Source: Cyclobacteriaceae bacterium (lineage in GTDB: Bacteria > Bacteroidota > Bacteroidia > Cytophagales > Cyclobacteriaceae). From it: a stretch of DNA of 64,000 nucleotides. The DNA is taken from NCBI GenBank assembly GCA_039971015.1, contig JBDVKV010000024.1, forward strand, positions 1,171 through 65,170. Reading direction: 5' to 3'. Under the pieces are notes generated by a model, which searched no databases, was not told where the DNA came from, and worked only from the letters and a program-made list of their open reading frames with translations. Of this stretch, positions 57,176 through 64,000 are shown one piece after another (position 1 is the first letter of the stretch; the number at the start of each line of letters is the position of its first letter). Both the position numbers and the translations under genes were made by a program.

Positions 57176-57775
57176 ATGGATATTAAGTCTGCTGAATTTA
57201 TAATTAGCAACACCGAACTGAGCAAATGCCCCAAGCCTGATAAGCCCGAGTTTGCCTTCATAGGTCGCTCCAACGTGGGTAAATCTTCCCTTATCAACCT
57301 GCTTACCAAGCGTAAAGACCTGGCTAAAACCTCAGGCAAACCTGGCAAAACCCAAACAATCAACCACTTTCTGGTAGACAAAGAGTGGTTTCTGGTAGAC
57401 CTACCTGGTTATGGTTATGCCGGAGTAAGCCGCACTGCCCGAAAAGGATGGGGCAAGATGATCGAAACCTATCTGCTGAATCGAGAAAACTTATACTGCA
57501 CTTTTGTTCTGGTAGACGCCCGACACGAGCCTCAAAAAAAAGATATAGAGTTCATCACCTGGCTCGGTGAAAAGCAACTCCCGCTTTGTATTATTATGAC
57601 AAAAGCAGACAAGCTTTCGCGTGTTGAGTTGGCCAAATCAGAGAAACAATACAAAAAGAAATTACTGGAAACGTGGGAAGAGCTTCCTCCTATTTTTATT
57701 ACCTCAGCAGAAAAAAAAGTAGGCAGGGAAGATGTGCTGGATTTTATAGACAAAGCCATTAAAGGTCAACTCTAA
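57176..57775 (+). CDS. engB: Ribosome biogenesis GTP-binding protein YihA/YsxC
   Basis: [31 protein letters not shown] and ITSA. Confidence 0.97.
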   Translation: MDIKSAEFIISNTELSKCPKPDKPEFAFIGRSNVGKSSLINLLTKRKDLAKTSGKPGKTQTINHFLVDKEWFLVDLPGYGYAGVSRTARKGWGKMIETYLLNRENLYCTFVLVDARHEPQKKDIEFITWLGEKQLPLCIIMTKADKLSRVELAKSEKQYKKKLLETWEELPPIFITSAEKKVGREDVLDFIDKAIKGQL

Positions 57776-57811
57776 ATTCTTAATTTTACTTTTTCTAAAA
57801 AATATTTGAGC

Positions 57812-58252
57812 ATGAAGTTAAGCGAAATTGCAGCGGTGTCAGGTAAGGGTGGCTTATTTAAAGTATTAAAGCCCGCAAAGGCCGGACTCATTCTTGAATC
57901 TATGGATGAGAACAAGACCAAGATCATGGCCTCCGGATCGCACAAAGTTTCATTACTTGACGAAATATCAATTTACACCCATACCAAGGAGGGCACAACA
58001 CCTCTAGAGGAGGTACTAAAAAAGATACACAAGGACTTTGGTGATGATATTGGACTCGATGCCAATGCAGAAGGAACTGAACTAAAGGCTTTTCTTAAAT
58101 CGATACTGCCAGACTATGACGAAAACAGGGTTTATGTTTCGGATATCAAGAAATTGGTAAAATGGTATTCGGTACTCCTTAAGTATGCCCCTGAAATCTT
58201 TGAAGAAAAGAAAGAGAAGCCTGCAAAAAAAGAAAAGAAGAAAGAAGGCTAG
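57812..58252 (+). CDS. DUF5606 family protein
   Basis: [21 protein letters not shown] and [20 protein letters not shown]. Confidence 0.88.
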   Translation: MKLSEIAAVSGKGGLFKVLKPAKAGLILESMDENKTKIMASGSHKVSLLDEISIYTHTKEGTTPLEEVLKKIHKDFGDDIGLDANAEGTELKAFLKSILPDYDENRVYVSDIKKLVKWYSVLLKYAPEIFEEKKEKPAKKEKKKEG

Positions 58253-59232
58253 AACGACTGCGCCAATTCCACCATTTTTTTTGATCCCACAAAAAATGGC
58301 ACACGCTGATGTAGTGCGGTAGGTTGGATATCCAATATTCTTTGTTTCCCATCGGTTGCAATACCACCTGCCTGTTCAGAAATAAAAGCCAGAGCATTGC
58401 ACTCGTACATCAGGCGCAATTTTCCATTAGGGTCTTTGGCTGTAGATGGGTAAATGTAAATACCACCCTTCAGAAGATTGCGATGAAAATCCGCCACCAA
58501 AGATCCGATATACCTTGCTGTCATTTTCTTATCCTTACAGTCCTGCAAGTATTTTTTTACTGAGTCAGGGAAAGAGTTGGACTGCCCCTCATTAATGGAG
58601 TAAATTTTACCATCCTCCGGAATCTTCATATCCGGATGTGACAAGAAAAACTCACCCAGTGATTGTTCAAAAGTAAATCCATTAACGCCATGACCAGTGG
58701 TGTACACCATCATAGTGGACGATCCATACAAAATATATCCTGCCGCAACCTGCTCCGAACCTTTTTGTAAAATATCCTCTTGCTGAATAGGACTCCCTAC
58801 TTTACTAATTCTTCTATAAATGGAAAAAATCGTTCCAATAGAAACATTCACGTCAATATTGGAAGAGCCATCCAATGGATCGATCGCAATAACATATTTC
58901 CCATTGTTATTGAGATCCTCGTAAGATTCAGATTCTTCAGAAATCAAAGCACAAACTTCCCCTCCTTTTTCCAGGGCCCTTGTAAATCGAATATCCGCTA
59001 AAACATCCAGTTTCTGCTGATCGTCTCCTGCCATATTCTGTGAGCCCAACGGCCCCATAATATCGATAAGCCCTGCCTTATTTACTTCCCTGTTTACCAC
59101 CTTTGAAGCCAGTGCAATATCCCTTAACAATTGAGAGAGCTCACCACTGGCATATTGAAATTGATCCTGGTTGTTTTTAATAAAACGATCTAAAGTAAAA
59201 CCAATCGATTGGGCTATTCTGGATGCTTCCAT
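58249..59232 (-). CDS. fbp: Fructose-1,6-bisphosphatase class 1
   Basis: [45 protein letters not shown] and HQR. Confidence 0.97.
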   Translation of the reverse strand: MEASRIAQSIGFTLDRFIKNNQDQFQYASGELSQLLRDIALASKVVNREVNKAGLIDIMGPLGSQNMAGDDQQKLDVLADIRFTRALEKGGEVCALISEESESYEDLNNNGKYVIAIDPLDGSSNIDVNVSIGTIFSIYRRISKVGSPIQQEDILQKGSEQVAAGYILYGSSTMMVYTTGHGVNGFTFEQSLGEFFLSHPDMKIPEDGKIYSINEGQSNSFPDSVKKYLQDCKDKKMTARYIGSLVADFHRNLLKGGIYIYPSTAKDPNGKLRLMYECNALAFISEQAGGIATDGKQRILDIQPTALHQRVPFFVGSKKMVELAQSF

Positions 59233-59338
59233 TTAATTAGGTGTGTATTTCTTAGTTGTGCTCAATTTTGAACCTAAATTCGCAGCTAGTAGGTCTTAAC
59301 CGCAAATATAGGACTGTTATTTGAATTCAGTTTAAAAG

Positions 59339-60595
59339 ATGAGGGTATTCAAGTTTGGTGGCGCTTCTGTAAGAAATGCTGATTCCATAAAAAAAGTAGC
59401 AACCATTATTAAATCTTTTACAGATCAGCCTCTGCTGATCGTGGTTTCTGCTATGGGAAAAACCACAAATGCGCTAGAAAACCTGATAAAATCAAAAGAA
59501 TTTGAAAAAGGACTCGCTCAAATTCTCACCTACCATATATCAATTATAGAAGAGCTTTTCGAAGGCAAAAATCCTTTAGCCAAAGAGCTTGAATCAATCC
59601 AATTGAATATTAGGGGGCAATTAAAAAAATCACACTCCAACCATGATGAATTATATGATCAGGTGGTTTCACAAGGTGAGATTATCTCAACTTTAATAGT
59701 TAACGCATATCTGAAGGAAATAGGATTGCCTGCCCTATGGCAAGACGCCAGAAAATATATCACTACAGATGCCACTTTTAGAGAAGCACAGGTGGACTGG
59801 GATAAAAGCAATGATCTGATTCAGCGCTTAACAAAAGTTTTGAATGACAATATCATTGTAACACAAGGCTTCATTGGATCTTCCAATGGCAACACCACCA
59901 CCCTGGGACGCGAGGGGTCTGATTTTAGTGCCGCTATATTCGCAGCCTGTCTTTCGGCTGAATCCGTTACTATCTGGAAAGATGTACCCGGAGTGATGAG
60001 CGCTGATCCAAAGCGACTTCCAAACGCCACAACATTTGATGAATTGCCATTTAGAGAAGCTGCTGAGATGACCTATTACGGTGCGTCTGTGATTCATCCT
60101 AAGACAATCAAGCCATTGGCTAATCGCAACATTCCGCTTTTTGTAAAAAGCTTTGACAACATTGATTTACCCGGAACCAGAATACATGAGTGTAAAATTG
60201 ATCAACTGCCACCTTTAATTGTATTTAAGGATAACCAATGTCTGATATCATGTCAGGTTACAGACTACACATTTATCGATGAGTCTCAAATCGGAGTAAT
60301 CTTCACTGCGTTATCCACGCGTGGCCTAAAAGTAAACATGATTCAAAATTCTGCTATCTCATTTTCTTTTTGCCTGGATTTTAATGAGGATAAAGTTCTT
60401 GCTTTAATTAAAGAACTAGGGAAAATATTTGAAGTTTATTATAACACCGGACTTACACTCATCACTATTAAAAACTATGATTCGGAAAGTTTTAACACCT
60501 ATAAGAATCAACAGAATGTGGTATTGGAGCAATCATCACGATCTACCCTTCAGGTATTGATTAAATCAACTTCTTTGACTGAAGGTGCCGAATAA
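59339..60595 (+). CDS. lysC: Aspartate kinase
   Basis: VFKFGGASV, VSAMGKTTN, GEIIS, TLGREGSDFSA, KDVPGV and YYGASVIHPKT. Confidence 0.93.
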   Translation: MRVFKFGGASVRNADSIKKVATIIKSFTDQPLLIVVSAMGKTTNALENLIKSKEFEKGLAQILTYHISIIEELFEGKNPLAKELESIQLNIRGQLKKSHSNHDELYDQVVSQGEIISTLIVNAYLKEIGLPALWQDARKYITTDATFREAQVDWDKSNDLIQRLTKVLNDNIIVTQGFIGSSNGNTTTLGREGSDFSAAIFAACLSAESVTIWKDVPGVMSADPKRLPNATTFDELPFREAAEMTYYGASVIHPKTIKPLANRNIPLFVKSFDNIDLPGTRIHECKIDQLPPLIVFKDNQCLISCQVTDYTFIDESQIGVIFTALSTRGLKVNMIQNSAISFSFCLDFNEDKVLALIKELGKIFEVYYNTGLTLITIKNYDSESFNTYKNQQNVVLEQSSRSTLQVLIKSTSLTEGAE

Positions 60596-61031
60596 ACTCA
60601 TCAATCGACCTGTCTAAAATATCAAAAACCTCCTGAAACCCATCTTCACCACCGTAGTAAGGATCAGGAACTTCAGCCCCCTCCTCAGGATCAAATTCTC
60701 TCATTAACATCACTTTGGTTTTTACTGATGGATTGTTCGTAAGCCTGAGAATGTTATTATAATTAGAGCGATCCATAGCCAGGATAAAATCAAATTGATC
60801 GAGATCCTCATTACTTAATTGCCTCCCACGATGATTCAACACAACACCATTTTTCTCTGCGCTTCGTCTCGTTCTACTATCAGGTAAATCCCCAATATGG
60901 TAATTAGATGTACCACAGGAATCAACAACCACTTTAACACCCAATTCCAATGATTTTAATTTATGTTTCATTATCCCCTCAGCCAGAGGAGATCGGCAAA
61001 TATTACCCAGACAAACAAAAAGTATCTTCAT
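60561..61031 (-). CDS. Low-molecular-weight protein-tyrosine phosphatase
   Basis: VCLGNICRSP (CX5R) and VPDPYYGG. Confidence 0.95.
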   Translation of the reverse strand: MKILFVCLGNICRSPLAEGIMKHKLKSLELGVKVVVDSCGTSNYHIGDLPDSRTRRSAEKNGVVLNHRGRQLSNEDLDQFDFILAMDRSNYNNILRLTNNPSVKTKVMLMREFDPEEGAEVPDPYYGGEDGFQEVFDILDRSIDEFIRHLQSKKLI

Positions 61032-61131
61032 TATAAATAGTTTACAGCAAATTTATAATGTAAGTACTGTTACCAAACTGATTCATAGCGTATAAACCAT
61101 CGTATAGCATTTATTTTTCGCCTTTTGGTTG

Positions 61132-61165
61132 AGAAGCCCCCATTTTCCGGGGGCTTTTCTTTTTC
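61132..61165 (+). terminator. Terminator-like hairpin inside a divergent intergenic region
   Basis: AGAAGCCCCC-attttcc-GGGGGCTTTTCT followed by TTTT. Confidence 0.7.
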
Positions 61166-61224
61166 ATTCTTTAAGTACAATTTAAAGTATTCCTTAGTTT
61201 TGGGATCGCTTAAACGATTTAACT

Positions 61225-61998
61225 ATGGAACTAATTAAAGTTACTGAACAATATGAGCCTAATGTGGCACTTATAGAACTCAATAGACCCAAGGAGTTAA
61301 ATGCATTGAATCCACAATTGATGCAGGAAATGAGGGATGCCTTGATGGAGCTGGACAAAAATGAAAATGTTAAAGCCATCGTCATCACAGGCAATGAAAA
61401 AGCATTTGCTGCAGGAGCTGACATCAAACAAATGGCAGACAAGAGTGCCATTGATATGCTTATTCTTGATCAGTTCAGCACCTGGGATCAGATAAGAAAG
61501 ACCAAAAAACCAATCATTGCAGCAGTCTCGGGTTTTGCCTTGGGCGGTGGTTGTGAGTTGGCAATGACCTGCGATATGATCATCGCATCTGAAACAGCTA
61601 AATTTGGACAGCCAGAAATAAAATTGGGTGTAATCCCTGGCGCTGGTGGAACACAACGCCTCACAAAGGCAGTAGGCAAAGCCAAAGCCATGGAATTAAT
61701 TTTGACTGGAAGGTTTATTTCTGCAGAGGAGGCTCATTTTTATGGGCTCGTCAACAAGGTAGTACCTGCAGAAATGTATTTGAAAGAAGCCCTACAGCTT
61801 GCCGGGGAAATCGCACAGATGTCTCCTATAGCAGTGCAGTTAGGAAAAGAAGCGATCAACCGCTCTTTTGAAACTCCGTTGGATGAAGGACTTATGTTTG
61901 AACGAAAAAACTTCTACATGACCTTTGCATCCGAAGATCAAAAAGAAGGCATGAGCGCATTTGTAGAAAAGAGAGCACCGAAATTTAAAGGGAAATAG
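61225..61998 (+). CDS. Enoyl-CoA hydratase (crotonase; PaaF-like)
   Basis: NRPKELNAL, AFAAGADI, GFALGGGCEL, FGQPEI and PGAGGTQRL; promoter box TAGTTTTG at 61195-61202. Confidence 0.93.
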   Translation: MELIKVTEQYEPNVALIELNRPKELNALNPQLMQEMRDALMELDKNENVKAIVITGNEKAFAAGADIKQMADKSAIDMLILDQFSTWDQIRKTKKPIIAAVSGFALGGGCELAMTCDMIIASETAKFGQPEIKLGVIPGAGGTQRLTKAVGKAKAMELILTGRFISAEEAHFYGLVNKVVPAEMYLKEALQLAGEIAQMSPIAVQLGKEAINRSFETPLDEGLMFERKNFYMTFASEDQKEGMSAFVEKRAPKFKGK

Positions 61999-62015
61999 TT
62001 TCTCTTAAAGAACAT

Positions 62016-62046
62016 AAAAAAGGCTGCCCAAGAGCAGCCTTCTTTA
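62016..62046. terminator. Bidirectional intrinsic terminator
   Basis: AAAAAAGGCTGC-ccaaga-GCAGCCTTCTTT between convergent genes. Confidence 0.85.
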
Positions 62047-62065
62047 TTATATACTTAAACAGTCT

Positions 62066-63085
62066 TTATCTTACACTAATTCCAAAACCAGCGGTAAGTG
62101 CACTGTACTTTTGCAATGTGTAATCAGCATGGAAAGTGAACACTGCTAACTTCAATCTCATCCCTACACTTCCACGAAAACCAGAAGCTGCGTAACTCAA
62201 GTCAACAGGGTCTATTACATTTGATCCTCCAATATCATAAGTACCCAACATAGCTAAGTTAGACTTGGCAATATTGTATCCTAGACCTCCATAAAAAGTC
62301 ACTACTGAAAGTTTTTTAGATGCAACGCCTTGAATAGTGGTTGAACTTACCTCAAATAATCCGTTCTGACCTGGATCAAATGCAACATCCAATTTCATTT
62401 TGGTGTAGCCAACGAATGCAGAAAGGTCAAACGGCAGGTTCTTAATTCCCGGTATGTATTGCTTTACATCATGCATTACACCAATTCCAAACAAATTAAA
62501 TTTGCCATCATCGCCCACATCTACTTTAGGCACAAATCTAAATTTTATGTCTGTTCCCTTAGGTAACCCAAACCCTAACTGAAGCATTGCGGCTGGCATT
62601 TTATTCTTAAGTAGTTTTACATCTTCTCCCAGCTCTAGCCCACCAGGAACCTCAACATCATCGGACTGATCTATTGTTCCATCATTAACTGTAGATGACA
62701 ATGAAAATATAGCTGGCACATCAGGACCTAAGATAGTTGATATATTACCATTGCTCCTTGGGTTTCCGTTGGCATCAACTAGCGTAAGTTCGGTTAGGCC
62801 AAGAGCATTCACATCAAACAATTGTTCTGATGATGGCACCTTCATCAAGCTACCTGTAAACGTTAAGTCTACCCCTGCTACCTTATGGGGTTTTGCTGTA
62901 TTGTACCAACCCTGGTTCATCCCTAAACTGAAAGCTTTAATCGCTGGTGCAATGTATGCGCCTATAAGCTTTTCTCCATCTTCAGCACTTTGCTCCAGGA
63001 ATTGATCAAGGTCATCCTGCGCATTGGCCTGGTAGACAAATGTCAAGGATAGCATTAACATTAATAAGATACGTAGTCTTTTCAT
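62066..63085 (-). CDS. DUF6588-like outer-membrane protein
   Basis: Signal peptide; AYIAP...GWYNTAK, LQLGFGLP, RFVP, GIGVMHD; C-terminal beta-signal GFGISVR. Confidence 0.8.
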   Translation of the reverse strand: MKRLRILLMLMLSLTFVYQANAQDDLDQFLEQSAEDGEKLIGAYIAPAIKAFSLGMNQGWYNTAKPHKVAGVDLTFTGSLMKVPSSEQLFDVNALGLTELTLVDANGNPRSNGNISTILGPDVPAIFSLSSTVNDGTIDQSDDVEVPGGLELGEDVKLLKNKMPAAMLQLGFGLPKGTDIKFRFVPKVDVGDDGKFNLFGIGVMHDVKQYIPGIKNLPFDLSAFVGYTKMKLDVAFDPGQNGLFEVSSTTIQGVASKKLSVVTFYGGLGYNIAKSNLAMLGTYDIGGSNVIDPVDLSYAASGFRGSVGMRLKLAVFTFHADYTLQKYSALTAGFGISVR

Positions 63086-63209
63086 GGTTGGTCTTTTAAT
63101 TAATCAAGTTATAAAATTACTAAAATATCGTTTAGGAGCACTCTGTAACGGTTATTTCAACTACCCAATGTTTTACGATTATATTTGCGTTTAACCATCA
63201 AAGTCGCTC

Positions 63210-64000
63210 TTGTATTCACTCGGAATTAATATTATAGCTGGTCTTGTAAGGATAGTTGCGCTGTTTAATGCCAAAACAAGGGCATTTGTAAACGGCCGGA
63301 AGAAAATATTTTCAAAGCTGGAAAATGCCTTTAAAGAGGAGCAATCGCCAATTGCATGGGTGCATTGCGCCTCTTTGGGTGAGTTCGAGCAGGGGAGACC
63401 TGTAATTGAGCAATTCAAAAAAGAATTCCCTTCATTCAAAATACTTCTCACTTTCTTTTCTCCATCAGGGTATGAAGTGAGAAAGAACTATGCACAGGCA
63501 GACTATGTATTTTATCTGCCTCTGGACACAGCCGCGAACGCTCAAAACTTCATCAAAATCACCAACCCTCAAATTGCTATTTTTATAAAGTATGAATTCT
63601 GGTATAACTATTCACTAGCACTAAAGAAGAAAAAAATTCCTATTCTTTCTGTTTCTTCCATCTTTCGCAGAGAGCAAATATTCTTCAAAAGTTATGGTGC
63701 ATGGTTTCGATCCATACTCAAAAGATTTGATTATTTTTTTGTTCAAAATGAAAAATCTGATCAATTGCTAAGGTCAATAGGTATTAACAAGGTTACAGTC
63801 ACCGGAGATACTCGCTTTGATAGAGTGAAGGAAGTAATCAGCAGCGCAAAAGAAATACCAATTGCCAAAGAATTTAAAGGAACTGACAATGTTATTGTGG
63901 TTGGCAGTTGCTGGTCGGAAGATCTAGAAGTACTGGCCCCTCATATAAATGGAAACTCAGGGAAATTGAAGTTTATAATTGCTCCTCATGAAATTAAGGA
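63210..64000 (+). CDS. waaA: 3-deoxy-D-manno-octulosonic acid transferase (partial, runs off the window end)
   Basis: Not in the ORF track. Frame reads WVHCASLGEFEQGRP...TFFSPSGYE...YLPLD...KYEFW...GDTRFD...GSCW. Probable TTG start at 63210 downstream of TATATTTG (63180-63187). Confidence 0.92.
   Translation, partial: MYSLGINIIAGLVRIVALFNAKTRAFVNGRKKIFSKLENAFKEEQSPIAWVHCASLGEFEQGRPVIEQFKKEFPSFKILLTFFSPSGYEVRKNYAQADYVFYLPLDTAANAQNFIKITNPQIAIFIKYEFWYNYSLALKKKKIPILSVSSIFRREQIFFKSYGAWFRSILKRFDYFFVQNEKSDQLLRSIGINKVTVTGDTRFDRVKEVISSAKEIPIAKEFKGTDNVIVVGSCWSEDLEVLAPHINGNSGKLKFIIAPHEIK

Noticed and set aside
63168-63194. 8-codon ORF (MFYDYICV*) in frame upstream of waaA, as possible readthrough or leader peptide
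   Set aside because: It spans the probable -7 promoter box (63180-63187), so it is unlikely to be on the mRNA; the TTG at 63210 explains the gene.
1-64000. tRNA, rRNA, known riboswitches, IS elements
   Set aside because: No T-loop/anticodon cloverleaf, rRNA-like tract, riboswitch consensus or transposase was recognised by eye; tRNAscan-SE and Infernal would be needed to exclude them formally.

Overview
A gene-dense chromosomal segment from a Bacteroidota bacterium, most likely Cytophagales. This is inferred from the TAnnTTTG -7 promoter boxes, PorT, a T9SS type-B CTD, HmuY and several Bacteroidota-specific DUF families. Most of the window is housekeeping and envelope genes: HU, dnaX, ftsK-lolA, pyrF, pyrD, xerD, aroQ, rnhA, cdd, menG/ubiE-porT, engB, fbp, lysC and a partial waaA. 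I see no rRNA, tRNA, CRISPR array, IS or prophage. Items of most interest: (1) an uncharacterised four-gene unit at 47.2-52.1 kb encoding a SiaC-like protein lacking its phospho-acceptor Thr, a 1020-aa TerB/FHA-like/ABC-ATPase/permease fusion, a helical lipoprotein and a small secreted Cys-rich protein; (2) dnaX split at an A10 run, where a -1 shift or slippage gives full-length tau; (3) a hybrid heme-uptake locus (TBDR-hmuY plus hmuTUV-hemS) with Fur-like boxes and a divergent AraC regulator carrying two Cys-Pro motifs; (4) a SET-domain methyltransferase directly upstream of HU; (5) an orphan T9SS adhesin with a laminin-B-like domain and 249-bp tandem repeats. All family assignments come from motif recognition by eye, not from database searches. 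Several start codons were moved from the supplied ORF track where a better start was evident.
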